Of a stretch of DNA of 64,000 bases, positions 47,936 through 56,860 are shown in pieces. Below the pieces are notes generated by a model. It ran no database searches and was not told where the DNA came from. It worked only from the letters and a program-made list of their open reading frames with translations. Origin of the DNA: a virus (taxonomy: Duplodnaviria; Caudoviricetes). The position numbers were made by a program, and so were the translations under genes. Each line of letters starts with the position of its first letter. The stretch's first letter is position 1. Location: the IMG/VR virus record IMGVR_UViG_3300050581_000016, positions 12,299 to 76,298 of that record, one strand, 5' to 3'.

Positions 47936-48213
47936 TGGGTGAGTTTCTTTGTCCCGACTGCGGAAGACAGGTCGAAACGCCTCATTTTTGCGAGTGCAAC
48001 CCAGGCGGCATTGAGTTCAACATCACGATCCCGCTGGGCAGGAAAGAGCCTGAAAGTCACTCGCCGGCCGATCCCTACGCCGAGCAAAAGGCTCATTTTC
48101 AGCAGCAGCTCGACGACTACTACATCACCCAGGAAGAGTATGACTGCCACATGCAGCACATCGAGCGCTACGAGAAGCTCTGGCGCACGCTCAACGGCAA
48201 GGAGGAAGACTGA
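47932..48213 (+). CDS. hypothetical zinc-finger protein
   Basis: CPDC...CEC. Confidence 0.55.
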   Translation: MMGEFLCPDCGRQVETPHFCECNPGGIEFNITIPLGRKEPESHSPADPYAEQKAHFQQQLDDYYITQEEYDCHMQHIERYEKLWRTLNGKEED

Positions 48214-48461
48214 TGGAGTGGATTCTTAGCAAGCTCGTCCAGAGCTGGGAAGTCATTCAGCAGATTGCTGATTGGGCCGACCACAACGTCCTGGCGGCCA
48301 TGTTCTTCGGCTATCTGTTCGTGAGGATCGCGGGCTACATCGTCAAGATCACCCCGAACAAGTACGACGACCTGTGCTTCGACATCGTGGTCGATGCGGT
48401 CAAGGGCGCCTGGGACAAGGTGCAGGCGGTGAAAGGCGGGCCTTTCAAGAAGGGCAAATAG
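48213..48461 (+). CDS. small membrane protein (holin-like)
   Basis: TM segment followed by KITPNKYDD, a holin-type motif. Confidence 0.5.
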   Translation: MEWILSKLVQSWEVIQQIADWADHNVLAAMFFGYLFVRIAGYIVKITPNKYDDLCFDIVVDAVKGAWDKVQAVKGGPFKKGK

Positions 48462-48462
48462 C

Positions 48463-49383
48463 ATGGGCGCAATCGCCGATTTCCTCAACCGCTATGCGGG
48501 CACGGACACGGTCGCAAGCGAGCTGACCGCAAAGGCCCAGGAGGGCATGCTCAAGCTCTACGAGGACGCCTGGCTTCGCATCTGCAAGGCCCTGGACGCC
48601 GCCCGCAAGGACAGCCTGAGCTTCGCCACCTACAGCCACCAGACCCAGCTCCTCAAACAGGTCGGGCAGCTCATTGACGACATGAAGGGCGGCCTGACCG
48701 ACTACCTGGCCAAGGCCATGAGCGAGGCAGCCAAGACGGCGACCTCTGGTGCCGTCAAGGACATGCACCTGGTCGGCGACAAGCTGGCCAACCCTGCATC
48801 GTGGCACTTCAAGTTCAACCAGGATTGGGTCGAAATGGCCTTCCGCGACAGCTACGACCACATCGCCGCTCAGACCGACAAGATGAAGGCCGACTTTAAG
48901 GCCCTGCTCAGGCAGGAGGCCACGGAGGTCTTCAGGAAGGCGGCGGTCGAGGGAATCAGCAGGCGGCAGGCGACCCAGGAGCTTCGGGACAAGCTGCTTT
49001 CCAAGGAGCCGACCTTCCAGTTCGTTGACAAGGCCGGTCGGGCCTGGGACTTGCGGGACTACCTGGGCATGCTCACCACGACCGTCATGCACAACACCAT
49101 GAACGAGTGCTACGTCAACACCATGACCAACGAGGGCAAAGACCTCGTGGCCATCAGCGCCCACGGCGCGACGGACAGGTGCGGGCCGTGGGAGGGCCAG
49201 GTCATCAGCCTCACGGGCGCGACGACCGGCTACCCGACCCTGGGTGAAGTGCGGGGCAGCGGCGACATCTTCCATCCAAGATGCAAGCACAGGCTCGTGG
49301 CCTACACCCCGAAGATCACTGAAATCTTCAAGCGGGTCGCGGCTGGCGAGAGCGACGAGGAAATTCTGGAAGCCATCAAATAG
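48463..49383 (+). CDS. minor capsid protein (gp7/MuF-related)
   Basis: FVDKAGRAW, AISAHG..C.PWEG, IFHPRCKH. Confidence 0.8.
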   Translation: MGAIADFLNRYAGTDTVASELTAKAQEGMLKLYEDAWLRICKALDAARKDSLSFATYSHQTQLLKQVGQLIDDMKGGLTDYLAKAMSEAAKTATSGAVKDMHLVGDKLANPASWHFKFNQDWVEMAFRDSYDHIAAQTDKMKADFKALLRQEATEVFRKAAVEGISRRQATQELRDKLLSKEPTFQFVDKAGRAWDLRDYLGMLTTTVMHNTMNECYVNTMTNEGKDLVAISAHGATDRCGPWEGQVISLTGATTGYPTLGEVRGSGDIFHPRCKHRLVAYTPKITEIFKRVAAGESDEEILEAIK

Positions 49384-49397
49384 GGCAAGGAGGGGTG

Positions 49398-49730
49398 ATG
49401 CAGTTCAACAAGAAGATCGCGGTCACATACAACACCCGAAACGAGCACGACGAACTTGAGCCGGTGGAAGACAAGGAGCTGCGGTGCTGCATCATCGAGC
49501 AACACAGGAGCACCCAGGAAACGGGCGACGGCAAGCGCAGGGCCTACGACCTCAAGTTCATCGTGAGCAACCGATCTTTCGCGCCGTACAAAGACCTGTT
49601 CACTTCCGACACGCTCACCTTCACCTACGATGGCGTCCAGTACGATCCGGTGCTCCTGACCAGCATCAATGAGTCCAGCGGCAAGGTCAAGTATTACGAA
49701 GTAAGGCTTGCTGAGAAACGAGTGCAGTGA
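49398..49730 (+). CDS. head closure protein
   Basis: Position and beta-rich 110 aa sequence. Confidence 0.55.
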   Translation: MQFNKKIAVTYNTRNEHDELEPVEDKELRCCIIEQHRSTQETGDGKRRAYDLKFIVSNRSFAPYKDLFTSDTLTFTYDGVQYDPVLLTSINESSGKVKYYEVRLAEKRVQ

Positions 49731-50161
49731 TGGAGATCAAACTTGATTTCGGGCCTGGGATAGCGGCCATGACCAAGAAGATCGGCGCCATAGGCACCAA
49801 GACCTATGCGGCGGCGGCAAAGATCATCGACGACGTGACCGACAACCTGCAAGCCGAAACGATCAAGCGCGTCCCCATTGACAAGGGCCTTCTCCAGCAG
49901 TCCATCGACAAGACTGTCGAACACAACACTTTTGCGAGCGAGATCACTGGGCACGTTTTCGTTCCGGCCAATGCACCGGCCAAGGACTATGCGCTCTACA
50001 TGCACGAGCTGGAGTATAACCTGGGGGCCGCATCGCTTCAGAAGCAGGCGGGGCAGCCCGAGAAGGTCGGTCGCAAGTACATGGAGCGGGCCTTTGAAGA
50101 GAATAAGCGGGCCTACGAACTCTACATCGTGAGCGAGCTAAGGAGGGCAATCGGTGTTTAG
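49727..50161 (+). CDS. HK97 gp10-like tail completion protein
   Basis: VPIDKGLLQQSI, YALYMHE, KYMERA. Confidence 0.75.
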   Translation: MMEIKLDFGPGIAAMTKKIGAIGTKTYAAAAKIIDDVTDNLQAETIKRVPIDKGLLQQSIDKTVEHNTFASEITGHVFVPANAPAKDYALYMHELEYNLGAASLQKQAGQPEKVGRKYMERAFEENKRAYELYIVSELRRAIGV

Positions 50162-50534
50162 CACAGTTCTGACAACCGTCCTGGCCGATGCCGGTCTTGG
50201 CCTCGTCAAGGGGCAGAACCTATTCAGCGAGCAGGCGAGCGTCGCCCAGTGCGTCCTGGTCAAGACCACGAGGGTCGAAGACATCGACCAGGCCATCCCG
50301 GACATTCAGAGGGCCGTCGTACAGGTCTTGGTCAAGGGATACGCCATCGAGGAGGGGTTCGCTTTGGCAGACAACGCCGTGAAGGCCCTTGAGTCCCTTT
50401 CTGGCGCGTTCTCTGATGGGGCGGCACAATACGGCATAAAGTCGGTCATCGTGCGAAATAGGCCCGTTTTCGTGGCCTACGGCGGCGAGAAAGCCTACTC
50501 CGCAAACCTGGAGTTCTTCTACTCCATCGCATAG
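50154..50534 (+). CDS. tail terminator protein
   Basis: VQVLVKG..; position before the tail tube genes. Confidence 0.65.
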   Translation: MFSTVLTTVLADAGLGLVKGQNLFSEQASVAQCVLVKTTRVEDIDQAIPDIQRAVVQVLVKGYAIEEGFALADNAVKALESLSGAFSDGAAQYGIKSVIVRNRPVFVAYGGEKAYSANLEFFYSIA

Positions 50535-50639
50535 CGGCAACAAACCATAGACCGCCCTGGCGGCATCTACTTCACCGCATCCAGCAATGGATTGCGGGTT
50601 TTGTTTTCACAATCAATCCAACGAAAGGAGCAACACAGC

Positions 50640-51140
50640 ATGGCAGGTGTGGCGCAAGACGTGAAAATGGGCGTTTGTACGGTTGAGTTTGATACCGCTG
50701 ATCTGGGATATACCAGCGGCGGGGTCAAGATCAGCTACAAGGCCGAAACCAAAGAGAAGACGGTCGATCAGGAGGATGCGCCGGTTGACGTCATCGTGAT
50801 CGGACAGTCAATTGAAGTGACCGTTCCATTGGCCGAGCAGAATCTCTCCAGGCTGGCCGACCTCCTCCCCGGCGCGACGTACACGCTCGATGCGACCAAG
50901 AAGAAGATGGTCTTGAGCGGCGCGGCAGGATCGAGCCTTCTGACCCTGGCAAAAGAGCTGGTCGTGAAGCCCGTTGGCGGGACGGCGAACGATTGGGTCA
51001 CGATCCACCATGCGGTTCCCCAGCCGTCGATGGAGTTCAGCTACGACAAGGACAAGCAGCGCATCTACGAGGTCGTGTTCAAGGGCGTCAAGGGCACGAA
51101 CGGTTTTGTAACCTTCGGCGACGAAACGGCAGCGCCCTAA
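50640..51140 (+). CDS. major tail (tube) protein 1
   Basis: LGYTSGGV, IEVTVPLAE, FSYDKDKQRIYEVVF. Confidence 0.75.
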   Translation: MAGVAQDVKMGVCTVEFDTADLGYTSGGVKISYKAETKEKTVDQEDAPVDVIVIGQSIEVTVPLAEQNLSRLADLLPGATYTLDATKKKMVLSGAAGSSLLTLAKELVVKPVGGTANDWVTIHHAVPQPSMEFSYDKDKQRIYEVVFKGVKGTNGFVTFGDETAAP

Positions 51141-51172
51141 GCCGTGACGCGGCTCAATGAAAGGAGCTGAAC

Positions 51173-51676
51173 ATGGCAGGCGTAGCAGCAGACGTGAAGA
51201 TGGGCGTCTGCACTGTCAGTTTCGGCGGTGTAGACCTCGGTTATACCAGCGGCGGCGTCAAGGTAAGCTACAGGGCTGAAACCAAAGACGTCGTCGTTGA
51301 CCAAGAAGACATTCCTCTCGACGTCATAGTGACAGGTCAGTCAATCGAGGTCACGATCCCTCTGGCCGAGCAGAATCTGGAGCGGCTCGGCGGCCTGCTT
51401 CCTGGAGCGACCTTTACGCAAGATGTGGCCAAACAGAAGCTGGTCTTGAGCGGCACGGCTGGCACCCGTCTTTACCCGCTCGGCAAGAAGCTGGTCATCA
51501 CCCCAGTTGGTCTTACGAGCGCCAATGAAAAACTCACGATCTACAAGGCAGTTCCGCAACCTCAAATCGAGTTCAGCTACGACAAGGACAAGCAGCGCAT
51601 CTACGAGGTCGTCTTCAAGGGCGTCAAGAGTCCAAATGGGTTCGTGACATTCGGTGACGAAACGGCTGGCACTTAG
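51173..51676 (+). CDS. major tail (tube) protein 2, tandem paralog
   Basis: Roughly two-thirds identical to 50640..51140 by eye. Confidence 0.75.
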   Translation: MAGVAADVKMGVCTVSFGGVDLGYTSGGVKVSYRAETKDVVVDQEDIPLDVIVTGQSIEVTIPLAEQNLERLGGLLPGATFTQDVAKQKLVLSGTAGTRLYPLGKKLVITPVGLTSANEKLTIYKAVPQPQIEFSYDKDKQRIYEVVFKGVKSPNGFVTFGDETAGT

Positions 51677-51768
51677 CCGACGAACGGCTGACAATCAGCC
51701 GGGGCATGGTTTTTATCTGGCCGCCTTCGGGCGGCCATTTCAATTCATCTTTAGCAGGAGCGTTTAGT

Positions 51769-52080
51769 ATGAAAGTCATCAACCTCGACAAATTCGCAAC
51801 TTTTCAGAAGGTTTCCTTGGGCGGCGTCGAATACTCCGTGCAGGGCAAGCCGGTGGAAGACTTCCTCACCGACACCGTGGCCAAGAAGCTCGAAGAGGCC
51901 AAGAGCAACCGGGATAAGGTCGAAGTGCTCGTGTCCGAGGTCGAACGCATCAGTGACATCCCTCGTGAAGTGCTGGTCAAGCAGACCTTCGGCGTTCTGA
52001 ATGCCATTCTGATGGTTGCCCAGGGCGTTGATCCCGAAGCGAAAGAAGCGTCGGAGGGCGAAGGCTCAAAAAACGACTGA
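51769..52080 (+). CDS. tail assembly chaperone (gpG-like)
   Basis: Between tail tube and tape measure genes; slippery A AAA AAC at 52068-52074. Confidence 0.8.
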   Translation: MKVINLDKFATFQKVSLGGVEYSVQGKPVEDFLTDTVAKKLEEAKSNRDKVEVLVSEVERISDIPREVLVKQTFGVLNAILMVAQGVDPEAKEASEGEGSKND

Positions 52081-52391
52081 TCCTGAGCTATGACATGGGG
52101 TACGTCATGTGCTCAGTCATGCGCTTCTACGGCATCACGCATGCTGACCTCCTGCGGCTCCCGATATACACGTTCTGGGAGATGGCCAAGAACATTGATC
52201 GGCTCAGGGCCGAAGATGACAAAAGGATGTTCATTCTCTTGCAGCAGGCTTTCATGTCGGAAAACGCCCAGAAGTACCTGGACGGGCTGCATGAGGAACA
52301 GGGAACCGTCATTGAAACCAGCGACGGCTATTATGGCGAAAAGTTTGACCAAGGGGCGTTCAATGCGCTTCGAGGGCTACTTGGAGGCTAA
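52068..52391 (+). CDS. tail assembly chaperone -1 frameshift extension (gpT-like)
   Basis: The -1 frame is open from the heptamer through ORF 52095..52391. Confidence 0.75.
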   Translation, partial: KKRLILSYDMGYVMCSVMRFYGITHADLLRLPIYTFWEMAKNIDRLRAEDDKRMFILLQQAFMSENAQKYLDGLHEEQGTVIETSDGYYGEKFDQGAFNALRGLLGG

Positions 52392-52437
52392 CGGGCCATC
52401 TGTGCCGCACTAAAGCGGCCCCATATTGGAGCACGCA

Positions 52438-55400
52438 ATGAATCTTGGGACTTTATCAGCATCGGTTACGCTTGCGACCGGCGGCTTCAAGGCTGGCGTC
52501 CGCGAGGTCACAGGCGGCTTGGCAAGCATCGGGCGCTCTGCCTTCATGCTCAATCAGAGTCTTGAGCTGGTGCAGCGGCTGACGGGCGGCCTGGTCGGGA
52601 AAATCGGCGAACTGGGCAAGAACATGGTCGAGACTGCGGCTGAGTTCGACATGCTCAAGCTCTCCCTGGAAACTCTGACCAAGGGGCATGGCCAGGAGTG
52701 GTTCGACAAGTTGAACGAGTGGGCCATCAAAATGCCTATGAACACCCAGGGCGCCATCAAAGCCTTCCAGCAGATGAAGGCGATGGGGATGGACCCGACC
52801 ATCGACACCATGACGACTCTGTCCGACACGGTTTCGGCCCTGGGCGGCAACAAGGATACCTTGGAGGGGATCGCCCGTGCACTGGGTCAGATGTCCACCA
52901 AGGGTAAAGTCCAACTCCAGGAAATGTATCAGCTCGCTGAGCGCGGCGTGCCGGTCTTTGAGCTTTTGGCCAAGTACACGAACCTGACCAAAGAGCAGAT
53001 TGCAGATATCGGCAAGTACGGTGGCGAGGCAAAGACGGTCATCGAGGCCATCATGTATGGCCTCAACCAGATGTACGGCGGCCAGAGCGCAAAGATTCAA
53101 TACAAGTACACCGGATTGAAGGAAGGCTTTATCGGCTACTGGTCTGAGTTTCAGCGGCAGATCATGGACTCAGGCCCCATGAAGCTCCTCGAAGAGAAGA
53201 TGCTCGGCGTCATGCAAAAGATCGACAGGGCCTTCGCAAGTGGAGACTTCAGCAGGTATGCCCGCGAGATTGGAAACACGGTCGAGGACATCATCAACTG
53301 GCTCTACGACATGGGCGAGTCCGCCTGGCAAAACCGCGACAAGGTGAGCAAGTTTTTCAGCGAGATCGCGGAAACGGCGCGGAACGCCTGGCCGGTCATC
53401 AAAGACGTGGCCAGCGCCATCGGCTCCGTTGTGGAGGCGGCTGGAAAGCTCATCACTGCGGTTCCAGGCGGCGGCACCGTCGCAACCTACGGCCTGATCG
53501 GAGCCTACCTGTTCGGCGGTCAGGCGGGCCTAGTCATTGCCGCGATCACGGCGGCTGGCATCCTGATTGACAAGGCCGACAAGGCCACTCAAAGCTCCCT
53601 TCAGAACATGAAGGACAAGCAAGACACCGACTACGGCAAGTTCATGATCGACAAGGTCGGGGTCATGCAAGATGAGCTTTGGGCAAGCACCAGCTTTGAC
53701 AGCGCTGGCATCTATGCCGACATGAGCAAGGCCGTTGACGAGTGGAAAACCAAGAACAAATCGGCGCTCAAGGAGGCGCGGGCCGACTACGACCAGTGGT
53801 ATCAGGATTTGAACGGCAAGGACGCCTGGTACAAGACCATGCTCATAAGCTGGATCGACGGCGTTGAACAGATGGGGCAGAGTATTAAGGACGGCACTAG
53901 CCTCATGGTTCAGTCCTTTGATGAGGCTTTGAGCAGTGGCGAGTCTTTGGGATCGGAGCTGCCTCAAAGTTTTGCGGCGGCGGTTGATAGCCTGGGAGAG
54001 GCAAGCTCAAGCTCAGAGGAAATGACCGACAGCATCGACAAGATGATAAGCCTGGTTAGCGAGGATAAGAGCCTTTATCAAATGGGCCAAGACGCAATGC
54101 AGGCTGGCTCAGAGTTTGAAACGGTTGACAACAACGCCAAGGGCGCAACCAGCACGCTTGAGACTCTTACTTCAAAGGTTCTTGGCCTCGCCAATGTGAT
54201 GGCCGAGAGCGGCAGCGCTTTCATGGCCTACGCCCAGGGCCTTGCAATGGTCGAAAGAGCCGACCCGCTGGCTGGCGTTGACACCAGGTGGATGAAAGAG
54301 GATGTTGACCCCAAGCGCTTCACGATCTCAAGCGTAGGCCGCAAGGGCAGAGGCGGCGGGGGCGGAGGGAGCAAGTCCGACCCGTCTGAGTCGGCCCTGA
54401 CCAGCATCATCAACAAGTTGATCGAGGCCAAGGCAAAGCTCGAAGAGATCGGCCTGAGCGAGTTCGATGCTGGCCTCAAGAAGATCATTGCCGACTATGA
54501 CCAGTTGATCGAGAAGAACAAGAAGTTCTTTGATTCACAGCCCGAGATGCAGGGAAAGATCGACGAGCTGCGGAGGATTCAAGAAGAGGCACTGGCCAAG
54601 AAGATGCTCTTCGAGGCCAATCAGAACCTGGACGACTCCCTGAATGAGGCCAAGTTCAATGCGGCAGTGGCGGGCATGTCCGAGTATCAGGCCGCGCTGG
54701 CCCAGGTCAACTTCGAGTATGAGAAGCTGGTGCAGTCAAACGAGCGCCTTCTTGGCTCCAAGATGGACGAGGGCATTCGGGCGAAGATTACTGCCATTCG
54801 GGATACCAACCTGGCGGCCCAGCAAGCGGCGCTGGCAAAGAGCATCGAAGACGCCATCAATGAGCAGCAGTTCCAGAACAGCATCCTGGGAATGACCGAC
54901 CTTGAGCGGATCACCGCTGAAACCACCTGGCAGTTCGAGAAGATGGGCGCCAACATCGCCGGAGTGGCCGACAAGATCGCGGAGCTGAACAAGCTCAGAT
55001 TGGACGGTTTCAACCGGCAGATTTTGGACAGCATTGCCAAGATTAGCGACCTCAAGATGGCTTTCCATGAGGCCACTCAAGCAATGGCAGGCGAGCTGGC
55101 CAACGCCCTGGTCGATTGGATGTCCACCGGCAAGTTCGACTTCAAAAAGCTGGCGGCAGCCCTTATCAAGCAGCTCCAGATGGTTGCGGCTCAGAAGACC
55201 GCATCTCTTTTGATGGAGGCGGCCTATCAGGGCGTCATGATCCTGGCCGACTACAACAACGCCGCGATTCACGCCGAGGCGGCGATGGCGGCCCTGAAGG
55301 GCGCTGCGATCATGGGCAGCTTCGTTGTGGGGTCTGGATTGGCCGGTATGGCTCATTCAGGCATCACGGACATCCCGGATCAAGGCACCTGGCTCCTGGA

Positions 55401-55629
55401 CAAGGGTGAGCGGGTCGTTGACAGCAAGACCAATCAAGACCTGAAGCAGTACATCACCGAGAACAAGGGAAAGCCCAACGTGAACATGACGGTCAACATC
55501 AACGGCGGCGACGAGCAGAGCGTCATGAAGTCGTTGCCTGCCCTGAAGGATGCCGTCCTTCAGATTGTCAATTCCGATATCAGTTCAAACGGGCAAACCC
55601 GTCAAAGCATCTTGAGCTACACCCGATAA
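52438..55629 (+). CDS. tape measure protein
   Basis: 1063 aa, helical; tape-measure N-terminal motif ALGQMSTKGKVQLQEMYQLAERGVPV; C-terminal LLDKGERVV. Confidence 0.9.
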   Translation: MNLGTLSASVTLATGGFKAGVREVTGGLASIGRSAFMLNQSLELVQRLTGGLVGKIGELGKNMVETAAEFDMLKLSLETLTKGHGQEWFDKLNEWAIKMPMNTQGAIKAFQQMKAMGMDPTIDTMTTLSDTVSALGGNKDTLEGIARALGQMSTKGKVQLQEMYQLAERGVPVFELLAKYTNLTKEQIADIGKYGGEAKTVIEAIMYGLNQMYGGQSAKIQYKYTGLKEGFIGYWSEFQRQIMDSGPMKLLEEKMLGVMQKIDRAFASGDFSRYAREIGNTVEDIINWLYDMGESAWQNRDKVSKFFSEIAETARNAWPVIKDVASAIGSVVEAAGKLITAVPGGGTVATYGLIGAYLFGGQAGLVIAAITAAGILIDKADKATQSSLQNMKDKQDTDYGKFMIDKVGVMQDELWASTSFDSAGIYADMSKAVDEWKTKNKSALKEARADYDQWYQDLNGKDAWYKTMLISWIDGVEQMGQSIKDGTSLMVQSFDEALSSGESLGSELPQSFAAAVDSLGEASSSSEEMTDSIDKMISLVSEDKSLYQMGQDAMQAGSEFETVDNNAKGATSTLETLTSKVLGLANVMAESGSAFMAYAQGLAMVERADPLAGVDTRWMKEDVDPKRFTISSVGRKGRGGGGGGSKSDPSESALTSIINKLIEAKAKLEEIGLSEFDAGLKKIIADYDQLIEKNKKFFDSQPEMQGKIDELRRIQEEALAKKMLFEANQNLDDSLNEAKFNAAVAGMSEYQAALAQVNFEYEKLVQSNERLLGSKMDEGIRAKITAIRDTNLAAQQAALAKSIEDAINEQQFQNSILGMTDLERITAETTWQFEKMGANIAGVADKIAELNKLRLDGFNRQILDSIAKISDLKMAFHEATQAMAGELANALVDWMSTGKFDFKKLAAALIKQLQMVAAQKTASLLMEAAYQGVMILADYNNAAIHAEAAMAALKGAAIMGSFVVGSGLAGMAHSGITDIPDQGTWLLDKGERVVDSKTNQDLKQYITENKGKPNVNMTVNINGGDEQSVMKSLPALKDAVLQIVNSDISSNGQTRQSILSYTR

Positions 55630-55675
55630 CATGGGAGACCCAGGTTCACCACTTGGGCCTCCATTGGAGGGTATC

Positions 55676-56014
55676 ATGGAAGACACCTTTCCTTTGGTTC
55701 CAGACCGACTCACCCAGACCACCCCGGAGTTCAGCACCAATATTGTCACATTTGAAAACCACAAAGAACAGCGGTCGGCGAGGATTTCAACGCCGTTTAT
55801 CACGTTCAAGATCGTGTTCACCTACCTGACGCCTGCGCGGCTGCAAACACTCAGAACATTCTTCGATGAGCACATGGGGTCGCTCTACCAGTTCTATTTC
55901 GTCAATCACATTGACGGCCAGACCTATACGGTCAGATTCAAAAACGACAAATTCCCCGTAACTCATACGAACGTGGCCTGGCACAACCTTGAATTGGAGC
56001 TTGTGACATGCTGA
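55676..56014 (+). CDS. distal tail protein (lambda gpM-like)
   Basis: TNIVTFEN..EQR, FFDEHMG...F.F, YTVRF. Confidence 0.7.
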   Translation: MEDTFPLVPDRLTQTTPEFSTNIVTFENHKEQRSARISTPFITFKIVFTYLTPARLQTLRTFFDEHMGSLYQFYFVNHIDGQTYTVRFKNDKFPVTHTNVAWHNLELELVTC

Positions 56015-56604
56015 GCCTTAATGCCCAAACACTAATCGCAACAAACAGCGAAGAGGTTCAGACTCTGTTCCTCTATGAGTTCACTTATGACGACGCCAAC
56101 GATCCTTTGCGCTGGACGAGTTGGGACGTTGAAGTGTCATTTGAGGGGCATGTCTTTACGCCCGAAGTGGTCAAGCATTCAGACATCACCCAAAGCTCTG
56201 ACGGCAAGATCAACGAATGCTCGCTGACTGTCGGAAACGCGAATCGAATGATCCAATACTACATCGAAAACTATGATGTCATCGGGCGTCAAGTTCGCAT
56301 CATTCAGTTCTTCGTAGGCCAGACAGGCTACGTCGAAACGACGTATGTCATCAAGGGGGCAAAAGCCAAGGGCGACGTCGCCACCTTCGGCCTGAGCATC
56401 GGGATAGACTTTCTCAGGCTACAGGTGCCTGGGCGCATTATGAGGAGCCGAATGTGCGGATGGAAGTTTGGCGACTCACAATGCGGCAAGACCCCAGGGC
56501 CTGAAGAGCAATGCGAGAGAACCCTGGAGGCGTGCAGGGCCAAGAACAACGTGGCCCGATTCGGAGGCTTTCCAGGCATTATCAACGAGCGTTTCTACTT
56601 CTAG
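56008..56604 (+). CDS. tail tip protein (lambda gpL-like)
   Basis: C.WKF...CG...C..TL.AC....N..RFGGFPG Fe-S motif. Confidence 0.8.
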   Translation: MLSLNAQTLIATNSEEVQTLFLYEFTYDDANDPLRWTSWDVEVSFEGHVFTPEVVKHSDITQSSDGKINECSLTVGNANRMIQYYIENYDVIGRQVRIIQFFVGQTGYVETTYVIKGAKAKGDVATFGLSIGIDFLRLQVPGRIMRSRMCGWKFGDSQCGKTPGPEEQCERTLEACRAKNNVARFGGFPGIINERFYF

Positions 56605-56790
56605 CAACTCCTGTGCCAAGAAAATTCATAGGGCAAGTTCCGTGCCAAGACGCTAAGCGCTTACTTCGTGCGATTTCCTGCTGATGGGGCCTCATTTGCG
56701 TTCTGACGGCAGCGACCCGTGCCGCCTTGTACTGACACCTAATCAGATTTTTAATGCGTTGACGCTCAAATCCGCCATCAGTGCGGATTT
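56604..56790 (-). promoter_or_regulatory. conserved regulatory module copy C (antisense), with tandem sigma54-like boxes and operator
   Basis: On the minus strand: ACTGATGGCGGATTTGAGCGTCA ... TAAGCGCTTA ... TGGCACG-GAAC-TTGC ... TGGCACA-GGAG-TTGC. Confidence 0.7.
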
Positions 56791-56860
56791 GCAGGCGAAC
56801 GGGCATGCAAGATTTCTTGAGGCGCCTGCAACGAAATCAACCATTTTTGGGGCGAAAACC

